Part shown: positions 9,086 through 19,472 of the stretch, piece after piece
Layout: every line of letters begins with the position of its first letter
Position numbering within the stretch: position 1 is the first letter of the stretch
From: an uncultured Beijerinckiaceae bacterium
GTDB taxonomy: Bacteria > Pseudomonadota > Alphaproteobacteria > Rhizobiales > Beijerinckiaceae
DNA: 33,943 nt
Assembly (NCBI GenBank): GCA_964246205.1
Contig: CAXTQM010000002.1
Location: 1-33,943, forward strand
Reading direction: 5' to 3'
Program-made: the position numbers and the translations under genes
Notes under the pieces: model-generated
The model's database searches: none
Told to the model about the DNA's origin: nothing
What the model saw: the letters and a program-made list of their open reading frames with translations, nothing else

Positions 9086-9628
9086 ATGAAGATCATCGGC
9101 CTCGCAGCCTGGAGCGGTGCCGGCAAGACCACGCTGATGGTCAAGCTCATCCCGCGGCTCGTCGCGCGCGGCCTTTACGTATCGACGATCAAACACGCCC
9201 ATCACGCCTTCGATGTCGACAAGCCCGGCAAGGATTCGTGGGAGCACCGGCAAGCCGGTGCACGCGAGGTGCTGGTCGCCTCGGCGGCGCGCTTCGCCTT
9301 GATGCACGAGCTGCGCGGCGCGGCCGAGCCCGACCTCGGCACGCTGCTGGGCCGGCTCTCGCCTTGCGACCTCGTGCTGATCGAGGGCTTCAAGCGCGAC
9401 CCTCACCCCAAGATCGAGGTGCACCGCGCCGCCATCGGCAAGCCGTTCCTGTTCCCCGACGATCCCGCCATCGTCGCGGTGGCGAGCGATGGGCCGCCGC
9501 CGTCGTCTCTGCCTCACGTGTCCCTCGACGATGTCGAAGCCGTCGCGGCGATCGTGCTGGAGCACGCGGTGCCGATCGAAGCCTTACGGCGGCAGCTTGC
9601 CGCGATCGCGGGGGCACCGAGCTGCTGA
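9086..9628 (+). CDS. mobB: Molybdopterin-guanine dinucleotide biosynthesis protein B
   Basis: Walker A WSGAGKTT, STIKHAHH.FDVD.PGKDSW.HR.AGA, DLVLIEGFK..PHPKIEV.R. Confidence 0.93.
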   Translation: MKIIGLAAWSGAGKTTLMVKLIPRLVARGLYVSTIKHAHHAFDVDKPGKDSWEHRQAGAREVLVASAARFALMHELRGAAEPDLGTLLGRLSPCDLVLIEGFKRDPHPKIEVHRAAIGKPFLFPDDPAIVAVASDGPPPSSLPHVSLDDVEAVAAIVLEHAVPIEALRRQLAAIAGAPSC

Positions 9629-9633
9629 GGCGT

Positions 9634-10227
9634 TCACCGTTCGATCAAACCGATTGAGCCTGGCGAGACCACCGTTCGCGGGATCGCTCGCGCGGGACTG
9701 CCGACCACCGTGGCGCCGACCGGCACGTCGCGCGTGACGATGCTGCCGGCCCCTACGATCGCGTCGTCTCCCACCGTGACGCCGGGCAGGATCATCGCTC
9801 CGGCACCGATCCACACGTTGGCGCCGATCGTGACGGGCCTGCCGCTTTCCAACATCTGCCGGCGCTGCGCGGGGTCGCGCGGGTGGTCGGCGGCGAGGAT
9901 CTGCACGCCCGGGCCGATCTGCGTCAGCGCGCCGATGGTGACGGCGCAGACGTCGAGGACCACGCAGTTGAAGTTCATGAAGACGCCGTCGCCCAGCGTC
10001 AGGTTGAAGCCGTAGTCGATGAAGAAGGGCGGACGCACGTTGACCCCGGTGCCGACCGCGCCGACGATCTCGCGCAGCATGGTCTCGCGCTGTGGCACGG
10101 TGGCGGCGAAGCTGGCGTTGTAGCGCCCGCACCAGGCGATCGCCTCGGCCGAAAGCGCCGCGAGCTCGGGATCGTCGGCGCGATAGAGCTCGCCGGCGAG
10201 CATGCGCTGCTTCTGGATGAGTGGCAT
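9634..10227 (-). CDS. maa: Sugar O-acetyltransferase (maltose/galactoside acetyltransferase family)
   Basis: QKQRMLAGELY...DPEL, PPF..DYG.N..LG..VF.NFNCV.LD, HP, hexapeptide repeats, GAGSIVTRDVP...VVGSPAR. Confidence 0.88.
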   Translation of the reverse strand: MPLIQKQRMLAGELYRADDPELAALSAEAIAWCGRYNASFAATVPQRETMLREIVGAVGTGVNVRPPFFIDYGFNLTLGDGVFMNFNCVVLDVCAVTIGALTQIGPGVQILAADHPRDPAQRRQMLESGRPVTIGANVWIGAGAMILPGVTVGDDAIVGAGSIVTRDVPVGATVVGSPARAIPRTVVSPGSIGLIER

Positions 10228-10709
10228 CACCGGCTGTCGCGAAAGCCCAGCTCGACCACTGTCCAAGCCACGACGATCGCCAGCACGACATCGAGCGCGA
10301 TCACGTAGGGCAGCACGATCACGTCCGGCGTCTGGTCCCGGATGAAGAGCAGGGAGGCGGCGAGAAAGACGAATAGCGGGACAAGACCGGCGAGCGCCGT
10401 TGGGCGGCCGATGTCGCGCAGCCGCTTGATCGACAGCATGGTATAGCAGATCGCCAGCAGGATCAGCGCGAAGGCGTAAAGGATCACGTAGGTGAAGGCT
10501 GCCACCGTGACCCAGCGGATGAAGGCCTCGGTCTTGAGGTCGTGCTGAGCGTAGGGGCGCAGCAGCAGCCAGCCGACCGTCAGCGCCACCGCCACGGCGG
10601 CGATCCAGCCGGCGTGGTAGCGCCACGTCGCGGCATCGATGCGGCCGGCGTCCTGCCGGAACAGAAAGCGCGCGCGGGATGGCGACCGGGCCTTGCCCTC
10701 GAGGCTCAC
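10227..10709 (-). CDS. DUF805-family membrane protein
   Basis: GRI....W motif, four hydrophobic segments and [10 protein letters not shown] (KRLxD motif). GTG start overlaps the dapD stop (GTGA). Confidence 0.75.
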   Translation of the reverse strand: MSLEGKARSPSRARFLFRQDAGRIDAATWRYHAGWIAAVAVALTVGWLLLRPYAQHDLKTEAFIRWVTVAAFTYVILYAFALILLAICYTMLSIKRLRDIGRPTALAGLVPLFVFLAASLLFIRDQTPDVIVLPYVIALDVVLAIVVAWTVVELGFRDSR

Positions 10710-11563
10710 GTGCGCAGCAGGTCGTTGATCGCGGTCTTCTCGCGGGTGCGGGCGTCGACCGTCTTGACGATGACGGCGCAATAGAGCGACGGGCCGGGCG
10801 TGCCGTCAGGCAGCGGCTTGCCCGGAAGGTTGCCCGAGACCACCACGGAATAGGGTGGCACGAAGCCCATGTGCACCTGCCCGGTCTCGCGGTCGACGAT
10901 CTTGGTCGAGGCGGAGATGAAGGTCCCCATCGCGATCACCGCGCCGCGGCCCACCACCACGCCCTCGACCACCTCCGAGCGGGCGCCGATGAAGCAATCG
11001 TCCTCGATGATGGTCGGGTTGGCCTGCAGCGGCTCGAGCACGCCGCCGATGCCGACACCGCCGGAGAGGTGAACGTTCCTGCCGATCTGGGCGCAGGAGC
11101 CCACCGTCGACCAGGTGTCGACCATGGTGCCGCTGTCGACGTAGGCGCCGAGGTTCACGAAGGACGGCATGAGGATCACGTTGGGCGCGATGTAGGCCGA
11201 GCGCCGCACCACGCAGTTCGGCACGGCGCGGAAGCCGGCCTTGCCGAATTCGGCCGCGCCCCAGCCCTCGAATTTGGAGGGCACCTTGTCCCACCAGGTC
11301 GAGCCGCCGGGACCGCCGGAAATCGGCGCCATGTCGTTGAGGCGGAAGGAGAGCAGCACCGCCTTCTTGAGCCATTGCTCGACGTGCCAGGCGCTCGCGC
11401 CCTCGCCGCCGGGCGCCCGCGTCGCCACCCGCAGCGCGCCGGTGTCGAGCAGGCCGAGCGCCTCGTCCACGGCCGCGCGAACGCTGCCACCGGTGCCGCT
11501 GTCGATCGAGGCGCGATCGCGGAAGGCCGCCTCGATGGTCTCGGCGAGATGGTCGTGGGACAT
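10706..11563 (-). CDS. dapD: 2,3,4,5-tetrahydropyridine-2,6-dicarboxylate N-succinyltransferase
   Basis: [91 protein letters not shown]. Confidence 0.97.
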   Translation of the reverse strand: MSHDHLAETIEAAFRDRASIDSGTGGSVRAAVDEALGLLDTGALRVATRAPGGEGASAWHVEQWLKKAVLLSFRLNDMAPISGGPGGSTWWDKVPSKFEGWGAAEFGKAGFRAVPNCVVRRSAYIAPNVILMPSFVNLGAYVDSGTMVDTWSTVGSCAQIGRNVHLSGGVGIGGVLEPLQANPTIIEDDCFIGARSEVVEGVVVGRGAVIAMGTFISASTKIVDRETGQVHMGFVPPYSVVVSGNLPGKPLPDGTPGPSLYCAVIVKTVDARTREKTAINDLLRT

Positions 11564-11633
11564 GGGCTCGGGAGTTCGTCGCTGAGGGTCGGGGCGCGAC
11601 GATGTCGGCTGCGGAGTCGGCGGTGTCAACCGC

Positions 11634-12482
11634 TCAGGCCGGCACCAGCGCCGGCTCGGGGATCGCGACGGGCACGTCCACCACCTCGTCGGTCCAAACC
11701 TTGAAGTCGGTGAGGTCGTGCGGTCCAAAGGAGGCGATGAGCGGGATGTCGGCGGCGTCGCGACCTCGCGCGACGGTGATGCGGCCGATGCGCGGCACGT
11801 TGTGGCGGGCGTCGAAAATGAACCAGCGGTGGTCGAGGTAGGCCTCGAACCAAGCGTTGTAGTCCTCGTGCAGCGGGTCGGACGGGCGGCCGATGTTGCC
11901 CATGAAGCCGTTGGCGTACCGCGCCGGGATGTTCATCGCTCGGCAAAGCGCGACGGCGAGATGCGCAAAGTCGCGGCACACGCCGACGCGCTCCTCGAAG
12001 GCTTCGTGGGCGGTGCGCGTGGTGCGGGCAAATTCGTAGCCGAAGGTCATGTGGCGCTCGACGAAGTCGCAGATCGCCTGCACGCGCGACCAGCCGCGCT
12101 CGGTATGGCCGAACAGCTGCCACGCCACGCCCGAAAGGCGATCGACCTCGCAGTAGCGGCTGCCGATGAGAAAGGTGAAATACTCCGAGGGCAGCTCCTC
12201 CAGTGGCACCTCGCGGGCGTCGTGCGCGACCTCTTGCGGGGAACCATCGCATTTGTAGACGCAGTCGCGCGTCATGCGGGTGATGCCTGCCGGCGCCAGG
12301 AAGCGGCGCACGTCGTTGCCGAAGGCATCGGTGAAGGTCATGGTCTCGAGCGCCGGCGTGGTGACCAGCCGGCCCATGGTGGCGACACGGTGCGCCACGT
12401 CGGGGTGGGCGTCGAGCTGAGTCAGCACGACGACCGGCATCGCGCAGAAGAAGGCGAGGTCGTAGCCGTAGCGGATGAGCAT
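11634..12482 (-). CDS. Transglutaminase-like cysteine protein
   Basis: [54 protein letters not shown]...[21 protein letters not shown]. Confidence 0.9.
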   Translation of the reverse strand: MLIRYGYDLAFFCAMPVVVLTQLDAHPDVAHRVATMGRLVTTPALETMTFTDAFGNDVRRFLAPAGITRMTRDCVYKCDGSPQEVAHDAREVPLEELPSEYFTFLIGSRYCEVDRLSGVAWQLFGHTERGWSRVQAICDFVERHMTFGYEFARTTRTAHEAFEERVGVCRDFAHLAVALCRAMNIPARYANGFMGNIGRPSDPLHEDYNAWFEAYLDHRWFIFDARHNVPRIGRITVARGRDAADIPLIASFGPHDLTDFKVWTDEVVDVPVAIPEPALVPA

Positions 12483-12850
12483 CGCCGGAGCCGAATGTGA
12501 GAGCCCACATTGGGTATGGCAAAAACGTGGCCGGCGACAGAGCCGCAGTGCCACACCGGTTGGGATCTCGATGCGGGATGGTCGGACTGCCAACGAAGAG
12601 CGCCTTGAGGGGCGCCTTTCAGCACTTGTTCACGCGGTCGTGGTGTTGGGATCGATGGCTTCGCGCGAGCCGCCGTCGCGGAGCCGCCAGTGCCCGCTTC
12701 CGCTTCGCGCGACATAGGTGACGCGTCGCCCGCATCGCCACGACATCTCCTCCGTTTCGCCGAAGCGACCTACGATACTCGCCACCATTGGCGTCTTGCC
12801 CTTCTCCAACGCCGATCCACCTGGGGTCGAACCAAACCGAGAGCTTAACC

Positions 12851-13876
12851 ATGATCGAAGACCGCAAGCTGTGGCGGCTGCGCCGGCGCCCGCAAGGCAC
12901 GATCCGGGACGGCGACCTCGAGTTCCTGACCGAGACGCTGCCGGAGCCGAAGGACGGCGAGTTCCTGCTCGAGGTGCTCTACCTCTCGCTCGACCCGACC
13001 AACCGCATCTGGATGAGCGACATGCGCCAGTACATGCCGCCGGTGCCGCTCGACGCGCCGATGCGCGGCGGCGTCGCGGGGCGGGTGGTGACGAGCCGCA
13101 AGCCGGGGGTCGCCGAAGGCGGGATCTGGTTCGGGCTCGGCGAATGGGCCGACCACATCGTCACCGACGGCACCGGCTACGTGAAGGCGCAGGTGCCCGA
13201 AGGTCTACCGCTGTCGGTCGCCTACGGCGTCTTCGGCCTTGTCGGCCCGACGGCCTATTTCGGCCTGCTCGAAGTGGGGCAACCGAAAGAGGGCGACACG
13301 CTGGTGGTCTCGGCCGCCTCGGGCGGCGTCGGCCAGATCGTCGGGCAGATCGGCAAGATCAAAGGCTGTCGCGTCATCGGCATCGCCGGCGGTCCCGACA
13401 AGTGCCGCACGCTGGTCGAGGAGTACGGGTTCGACGCGGCTATCGACTACAAGAACGAAAATGTCGGCAAGCGGCTCGACGCGCTAGCGCCGAAAGGCGT
13501 CGACATCAACTTCGAGCAGGTCGGCGGCCAAGTCATGGAGGCCGTGATGAGCCGCATGGCGCGCTTCGGCCGGATGCCACTCTGCGGCATGATCTCGGGC
13601 TACAACGCGGAGAAGCCGGGCGGCGGTCCCAGCACGTTCCCGCTGATCCTGATGGAGCGCATCAAGGTGCAGGGCTTCATCGTCTTCGATTTCCAGGAGA
13701 AGTTTCCGGCCATGATGCAGGAGCTTGGCGGCTGGATCGTCGAAGGGCGCATCAAGACCGCGCAGGACGTGCGGCCGGGATTGGATCGGGCACTCGAATA
13801 CCTCGACCTGCTCTACACCGGCGGCAACCACGGCAAGCTGCTGTGCGAGGTGTCGCCCGACGCCGCCAGCCTATGA
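12851..13876 (+). CDS. NADP-dependent oxidoreductase (zinc-independent MDR, prostaglandin reductase/CurA-like)
   Basis: L..RP.G, YLSLDPT.R.WM, TAYFGLL..G.PK.GDT.VVSAASGGVG..VGQI.KI.GCRVIGIAGG..KC, CG.IS.YN, G.N.GK. Confidence 0.92.
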   Translation: MIEDRKLWRLRRRPQGTIRDGDLEFLTETLPEPKDGEFLLEVLYLSLDPTNRIWMSDMRQYMPPVPLDAPMRGGVAGRVVTSRKPGVAEGGIWFGLGEWADHIVTDGTGYVKAQVPEGLPLSVAYGVFGLVGPTAYFGLLEVGQPKEGDTLVVSAASGGVGQIVGQIGKIKGCRVIGIAGGPDKCRTLVEEYGFDAAIDYKNENVGKRLDALAPKGVDINFEQVGGQVMEAVMSRMARFGRMPLCGMISGYNAEKPGGGPSTFPLILMERIKVQGFIVFDFQEKFPAMMQELGGWIVEGRIKTAQDVRPGLDRALEYLDLLYTGGNHGKLLCEVSPDAASL

Positions 13877-15358
13877 CGCGACCATCCGAGCGCGCAGTTT
13901 GTGCTTGAAGATCTTTCCCGTGTCGGAACGGGGAAGATCGGCGACGATCTCGACGCGGTCCGGACGGCGCGCCCGGTCGGTGAGCGCCTCGCGGATCGCC
14001 TCGGGGTGAAGGCCCGCGCCCGGCAGCGGCTCGACGCAGGCGCAGACGATGTCGCGGCCGTCCGGGCCAGGCAGGCCGAATACGGCGCAATCGGCGACGT
14101 CGGGCAGGCCGAGAATGTCGGCCTCGATCTCGGCCGGCACGACGGTCTCTTGGCCGACGTGGATAAGGTTGCGGCCGCGGTCGTGCAGGTAGAGGTAGCC
14201 GTCGCCGTCGAGGTAGCCGACGTCGCCGGCCGTGACGAGATCGCCGCGTCCGACGGCGTCGCGATCGGCGTCGCGGCCGAGATAGGTAAAGCGGTGCAGG
14301 CTCGCCGAGCCGGCATAGATCATGCCGGTCGCGCCAGCCGGCACGGGACGGCCCGCCTCGTCCAGCACGGCAAGGGCGATGCCGGACAGGGCGCGGCCGA
14401 CGCTGCCGGCGTGGCTCGCCGCGTCGGCGCTGTCGGCGAGCGTCAGCAGCCCGGTCTCGGTCGACCCATAATACTCATGAACGATCGGACCCCAGGCCGC
14501 GATCGCCTCGGCCTTGAGCGCCGGCGGGCAGGGCGCGGCGCCGTGCACGATGTGGCGCAGCGAACCGGTCTCGTGCCGTCTGGGTAGCCGCAGCATGCGC
14601 ATCATCATCGCCGGCGAGAGATGCACGTGGGTGACGCCGTGCCGGGCGATCAGCGCCAGCGCCTCCGCTGCCTCGAAGCGCGGCATCAGCACGATGTCGG
14701 CGCCGGCGGCGAGCGCCCGTCCGGCGAAAGCCCGCGGCACGGAATGCGAAAGCGGCCCCGTGACCAGCGCCACCGAGTCACCAGGCTTGTCGAAGCCGTA
14801 GACCCGCTGCGCCTTGCTTGGTCCCGTTGCGTTTCTCTCGGAGCGCGAGCCGGCGCGGCGCACGCCTTTCGGCCGTCCCGTCGAGCCCGAGGTGTAGCTC
14901 AGCGTTGGCGCCGAACCTGGCGGCTCGCCCGACATCGCCGCGTGCGCGGCAAGCCATGCGTCCCATTGCGGCGCGTCGAAGGCTTCGGCTAGCCCGGCCT
15001 CGACGTAAGCCGGCGTCGGCACGGCGAAGACGCTGAGTTCCGCCGGCAGCCGACCTCGAAGCGGCGCGAGCAGGTCGGCATGGGCGATCAGCTCCCGTGC
15101 GGCGCAATCGCGCAGCACGAATAGCAGGTCGTCCTCGTCCATTTGGCGGTCGAGCGGCACCGCCGCCGCTCCGAGCAGAGCGGCAGCTCGCTGCGCCTCG
15201 AACACCGCGACGTCGTTGTGCAGCAGCAGCGCCACCGCATCGCCCAGCCCGACGCCCATCCCGGCGAGCCCCGTGGCAGCGCGCCGCGCACGCGCCTCGA
15301 CTTCGGCGTGCGTGCGCACGGAAGCTCCGGCGACGATCCGTGGCGAGCGCTTCATCAT
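13871..15358 (-). CDS. Acyl-CoA synthetase (AMP-binding, ANL superfamily)
   Basis: YTSGSTGRPKGV, GPL.H, H.AAPCP, EYYGSTE, GDVGYLD.DGYLYL.DR, P.EIE, LPR..TGKIFK. Confidence 0.92.
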   Translation of the reverse strand: MMKRSPRIVAGASVRTHAEVEARARRAATGLAGMGVGLGDAVALLLHNDVAVFEAQRAAALLGAAAVPLDRQMDEDDLLFVLRDCAARELIAHADLLAPLRGRLPAELSVFAVPTPAYVEAGLAEAFDAPQWDAWLAAHAAMSGEPPGSAPTLSYTSGSTGRPKGVRRAGSRSERNATGPSKAQRVYGFDKPGDSVALVTGPLSHSVPRAFAGRALAAGADIVLMPRFEAAEALALIARHGVTHVHLSPAMMMRMLRLPRRHETGSLRHIVHGAAPCPPALKAEAIAAWGPIVHEYYGSTETGLLTLADSADAASHAGSVGRALSGIALAVLDEAGRPVPAGATGMIYAGSASLHRFTYLGRDADRDAVGRGDLVTAGDVGYLDGDGYLYLHDRGRNLIHVGQETVVPAEIEADILGLPDVADCAVFGLPGPDGRDIVCACVEPLPGAGLHPEAIREALTDRARRPDRVEIVADLPRSDTGKIFKHKLRARMVAS

Positions 15359-15439
15359 GTCGTCCGTCGCGTGCAAGCCACGCGCCGGGATAGTGCCGCC
15401 GCCAAGCTCTGCTATAAGCCGGTGCGTGACGGAGTGGGT

Positions 15440-16684
15440 ATGAGTTCGCAAGACACTGTGGAGGCGACGCCGCTGGCGCTGCTGCGCCCGCATGCCAAGC
15501 TGGTCGCCGCCTGCTTCCTCGGCTGGTTCCTCGACGCCTTCGATCAGGTCGCGCTGCTGCTGGTGCTGCCGGCCGTCGGCGCGCATTTCGGCGTGTCGCT
15601 GGCGATGATGGGCTTGGTATTGGCGGCCCAAAGCGTCGGGCGCGTCGCCGGCAACATCGGCTGGGGCTGGCTCGCCGACCGCTACGGCCGCAAGCTCACC
15701 TTCATGATCGGCGTGATCTGGTTCGCCGCCTTCTCCGGCATGACCGGCTTGGCCTGGTCCTACGCCGCGCTGACCGTGATCCAATTCTTCTTCGGCATCG
15801 GGTTTGGCGGCGAGTGGACCGCTTCGGCGTCACTGCTGATGGAGAGCGTGCCCGAGCGCGCCAAGAAGGTCGCCTCCTCCTTGATGATGGCCGGCTACGA
15901 GTTCGGCTTCTTCGCGGCGTCGGCCACCAATGCGCTGCTGGTGCCGCATTTCGGCTGGCGCGCGCTGTTCTTCGTCGGCGTGGCGCCGGCGGTGCTGGCA
16001 GTCTTCATCCGCCGCGGCATTTCGGAGAGCCCGGTGTGGCTGCGCGGTCAGGAGCGCCGCGCGCACGAGCCCCCCGGGCACAAGCGGGACGCGCCGCGCT
16101 TCCGAATGGACTATCCCGCCTGGCAGGCCTGTCTCTTCATGGCCGCGCTGCAGTTCCAGACCGCCGCGCTCTACACCTTCTACCCGACGCTGCTGAAGAC
16201 GGTGCATGGTTTCGGCGACACCCGCGTCTTCTATGCCGTGGCCGTGTATTCGCTGGGCTCGATCATCGGCAAGCTGACGATCGGTCAGGTCGCCACGCGC
16301 ATCGGAGAGCGAGCCACCATCTACGGCTGCCTCGCCATCACGCTGCTTGGCATAGTGCCCTTCGCCGCCTCGTCGGCGCTGTGGGCGGTGCTCGTCACCG
16401 CCTTCGTCGTCGGCGGATCGTCATCGGGCGTGTTCGGCCTGGTGCCGGCCTATCTGTCGCCACGCTTCGCCGATGCCGTGCGCTCTTTCGGGATGGGGCT
16501 GGCCTACGCGGTAGCCGCCGGCTGCCAAGCCATAGCCGTCTACGTGGTGCCCAAGAGCGCGGACGCCGGCCTCGGCTTGCCTACCGCGATCGAGATCTTC
16601 GTCGCGATCAGCTCGGTCGGCGTCGCCGCCGCCATCCTGCGCCGACCCCGCAGTCTGCCGGGGACCGTCGAGGTGGGAGTTTGA
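15440..16684 (+). CDS. MFS transporter (sialate/carboxylate:H+ symporter-like)
   Basis: FLGWFLDAFD, G.LADRYGRK motif A, FGIGFGGEW...ASL.MES.P, IRR.I.ESP.W; about 12 hydrophobic segments. Confidence 0.92.
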   Translation: MSSQDTVEATPLALLRPHAKLVAACFLGWFLDAFDQVALLLVLPAVGAHFGVSLAMMGLVLAAQSVGRVAGNIGWGWLADRYGRKLTFMIGVIWFAAFSGMTGLAWSYAALTVIQFFFGIGFGGEWTASASLLMESVPERAKKVASSLMMAGYEFGFFAASATNALLVPHFGWRALFFVGVAPAVLAVFIRRGISESPVWLRGQERRAHEPPGHKRDAPRFRMDYPAWQACLFMAALQFQTAALYTFYPTLLKTVHGFGDTRVFYAVAVYSLGSIIGKLTIGQVATRIGERATIYGCLAITLLGIVPFAASSALWAVLVTAFVVGGSSSGVFGLVPAYLSPRFADAVRSFGMGLAYAVAAGCQAIAVYVVPKSADAGLGLPTAIEIFVAISSVGVAAAILRRPRSLPGTVEVGV

Positions 16685-16699
16685 GCGCGCGAGCCAGCG

Positions 16700-18634
16700 C
16701 TATCCGAACTGCCGCCAGCAGTCCATCGGCGGCCCCTGCTTGTCGAGCACGGCATCGAGCGTGTAGGCGGCGCTGATGAGGGCGAGGTGGGTCAGCGCCT
16801 GCGGCGTGTTGCCGAGCTGCTCGCCGCCGGGCCCGATCTCCTCCGAGAACAGCCCGAGGTCGTTGGCGTAGGAGGCCAGCTTCTCGAAGTGCAACCGGGC
16901 CCGGCGGATGTCGCCCGAGCGCGCCAGGCACTCGACGAGCCAGAAGCAGCACGGCGTGAAGGCGCCCTCCTCCCCGTCGAGGCCGTCGACGCTGTTGGGA
17001 CCGGTGACGGTCTCGTAGCGGCGGACCAGCACGTCGGAGGTGAGCTCCCGCTCGATGGCTTTCTGCGTCGATAGCCAGCGCGGGTCCTTGGGCGTGATGA
17101 ACAGCACCAAAGGCATCAGCAGCGCCGACGCGTCGAGCGTTCGGCCGCCCTTGTACTGAGTGAAGGCGCCGCGCTCCTCGCTCCAAAAATTCGCGTGGAT
17201 GTCGCGATAGATCAGCGAGCGGTTCCGCTCCCAATCGTCGATGGTTTCGGCCGGCAGCGATCGCTTGCGCGCCATGCGGATGCCCCGATCGAGCGCCACC
17301 CAGCACATGAGCCGGGACGACAGGAAGTGCTGGCGTTCGCCGCGGATCTCCCAGATGCCCTCGTCGGGCTGGTTCCAGTTCTTGCCGACCCAATTCAGCG
17401 TCTTGGTGATGCGCTCCCACGCACCGTACGTGACCGTGTCACCATACTTGTCGGACAGGTAGCTCGAGTCCATCAAGGCACCGTAGATGTCGAGCTGCAG
17501 CTGCGAGGCGGCGGCGTTGCCGATCCGCACCGGCGTCGACTTCCGATAGCCGGCGAGATGATCGAGCGACGCTTCCTCGGCCTGGCTGCTCCCGTCGAGC
17601 CGATACAGGATCTGGAACTCGCCGGCCCTGCTCTCGTCGGCGCGCTTGGCGACCCATTCGTTGAAGCGCTTGGCTTCGCCCGTGTAGCCGAGCCGGATCA
17701 ACGCGAAGGTCGCGAAGGCGGCATCCCGGATCCAGCAGAAGCGATAGTCCCAGTTGCGGCTGCCGCCGGTCTCCTCCGGCAGGCCGAATGTCGCAGCCGC
17801 GGCGATCGAGCCGTGTTCGGCCGAGGTGAGCAGCTTCAGAACCAGCGCCGAGCGCATCACGTATTCGCGCCAGTGTCCCTTGTAGGACGAATGCGCCGAC
17901 CAGCTCTGCCAATAGGAGATGGTCTGCTTGAAAGAGGCTTGGATGAAGTCGTCGGGATCATGGTCGTCGGTCGGCAGCTCGTTGCCGCATTCCAGGACGA
18001 AGCTCGCCTGGTCGCCTTCTGCGATGGTGAACGTGGCGGTCGCCGCGCCCTCCTCGCCGACGAGGGCTACGCTGCCGCGTAGACGAAGCGGCCCCGAGCG
18101 TCCCGCGGCGTTCGGCGTGAACACCGCCGCATCTCCCGCGAGCTTCACCTGCGGACGCCCGTCGCGCCCGTAGTCGAACCGCGGCTCGCATCGCATGCAC
18201 ATCTCCACGCTTCCGCGGATGCAGGCAACGCGGCGAACGACGGCGCTGCGAGGCCCCTCTTTGGCGAGGATCGGCATGTAGTCCGTCACCTCCATCACCG
18301 CGTCATGGTTCATGAAGCGGGTGACGAGCACGTTGGTGTCGGGAATGTAGATCTGCCTCGTCGTCCAGGTCTCTTCGTGGCCGAGGGGGCGGATCGAGAA
18401 CAGGCCGCCCTTTTCCGGATCGAGCAGGGCGCAGAACACGGTCGGCGAATCGAGGAAGGGGTGGCACAGATAGTCGATGGTGCCGACCGTCGAGACCAGC
18501 GCGATCGAACGCAGGTTGCCGATCGCGCCGTGCTCGCTTATGGCGGCGGCTTTGCTTGGCGAGGGCGCGCGTCGAGACTTCAAGTTCACATCGCTTTCAG
18601 GGAGGTGCACCTTCGCCGCCTTAGCGAAAGCCAA
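16700..18634 (-). CDS. Glycoside hydrolase family 15 (trehalase/glucoamylase-like)
   Basis: IGN..S.ALV...G.ID..C.P..DSP.VF..LLD, SALVLKLL, LPE..GG.RNWDYRFCWIRDA, QLDIYG, PDEGIWEIRG, EGAF..C.FW, GLFSEE, GN.PQALTH. Start codon uncertain (TTG 18634 or a downstream GTG). Confidence 0.92.
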   Translation of the reverse strand: MAFAKAAKVHLPESDVNLKSRRAPSPSKAAAISEHGAIGNLRSIALVSTVGTIDYLCHPFLDSPTVFCALLDPEKGGLFSIRPLGHEETWTTRQIYIPDTNVLVTRFMNHDAVMEVTDYMPILAKEGPRSAVVRRVACIRGSVEMCMRCEPRFDYGRDGRPQVKLAGDAAVFTPNAAGRSGPLRLRGSVALVGEEGAATATFTIAEGDQASFVLECGNELPTDDHDPDDFIQASFKQTISYWQSWSAHSSYKGHWREYVMRSALVLKLLTSAEHGSIAAAATFGLPEETGGSRNWDYRFCWIRDAAFATFALIRLGYTGEAKRFNEWVAKRADESRAGEFQILYRLDGSSQAEEASLDHLAGYRKSTPVRIGNAAASQLQLDIYGALMDSSYLSDKYGDTVTYGAWERITKTLNWVGKNWNQPDEGIWEIRGERQHFLSSRLMCWVALDRGIRMARKRSLPAETIDDWERNRSLIYRDIHANFWSEERGAFTQYKGGRTLDASALLMPLVLFITPKDPRWLSTQKAIERELTSDVLVRRYETVTGPNSVDGLDGEEGAFTPCCFWLVECLARSGDIRRARLHFEKLASYANDLGLFSEEIGPGGEQLGNTPQALTHLALISAAYTLDAVLDKQGPPMDCWRQFG

Positions 18635-18646
18635 CCGTTGTAAGGG

Positions 18647-19444
18647 TCAGACCGTCGCGACCGAACCGCCGTCGACGCGGTAGTTGGCGCCGTTCACGAA
18701 GGACGCGTTCTTCGAGCAGAGGAACGTAACCACGGCTGCCACCTCCTCCGGCCGCCCGCGGCGCTGCAGCTCCAGCGTCGGTCGCTCCTCCTTAAGGAAG
18801 CTCTCGATCGCCTCGTCGAAGCTGGTGCCGTTCTCCTTGGCGCGCTTCTCCATCATCGCGTCGGTCATCGGCGTCGCGATGTAGGCGGGGCTAACCGAAT
18901 TCACGAGGACGCCGTGCTTCGAGTAGGTCTTGGACAAGCCCTTGGCGAGCGTCAGGATGCCGGCCTTGGCGGCGCAATACGGCAGCTCGTCGGCGTAGGG
19001 CTGCTCGGCGTCCTCCGAGCCGAAGAGCACGATGCGGCCGCTCTTGCGCTCGACCATCCCCGGCACGAAGGCGCGGACGACGCGCACGGTCCCCATGAGC
19101 AAGATATCGAGCGTCTCGATCCAGCCCTCGTCGCCAATCGTGTGGAAGTCTCCCGTGGCGCCGGTGACTCCGGCGGCGTTGACCAGGAAGTCGACGGCAC
19201 CGAGCCTGGCCAGGGCTTCGTCCCGCAGGTGATCGACGGACGCCGTGTTCGTCACGTCGACGACGACCCCATGCACTTCGCCCAGCGTCCGCAGCTCGGC
19301 GGCGGCTTCTTCGAGACGATCCGGGAACTGGTCGGCGATCACGACGCGAACGCCCTCGCCGAGCAGCTGACGCGCGGTCTCGCGCCCCATGCCGGAGTCG
19401 GCGCCCGTAATCACCGCCGCTTTGCCCCTGATGCCGTAGTCCAT
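18647..19444 (-). CDS. Short-chain dehydrogenase/reductase (SDR)
   Basis: TGADSGMG, LVNAAGV, catalytic YCAAK, VNSVSP, GANYRVDGG. ATG start at 19444. Confidence 0.92.
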   Translation of the reverse strand: MDYGIRGKAAVITGADSGMGRETARQLLGEGVRVVIADQFPDRLEEAAAELRTLGEVHGVVVDVTNTASVDHLRDEALARLGAVDFLVNAAGVTGATGDFHTIGDEGWIETLDILLMGTVRVVRAFVPGMVERKSGRIVLFGSEDAEQPYADELPYCAAKAGILTLAKGLSKTYSKHGVLVNSVSPAYIATPMTDAMMEKRAKENGTSFDEAIESFLKEERPTLELQRRGRPEEVAAVVTFLCSKNASFVNGANYRVDGGSVATV

Positions 19445-19472
19445 CCGTCGCGCCTTCCCTTGCAGAGCCTGC

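Noticed and set aside
12494-12511. AATGTG-N6-CACATT as a CRP/FNR-family site
   Set aside because: Spacing is 2 nt shorter than TGTGA-N6-TCACA. Kept only as an unassigned inverted repeat.
15359-15784. N-terminal extension of the acyl-CoA synthetase ORF
   Set aside because: Antisense to the MFS gene. Synthetase-like sequence begins near 15358.
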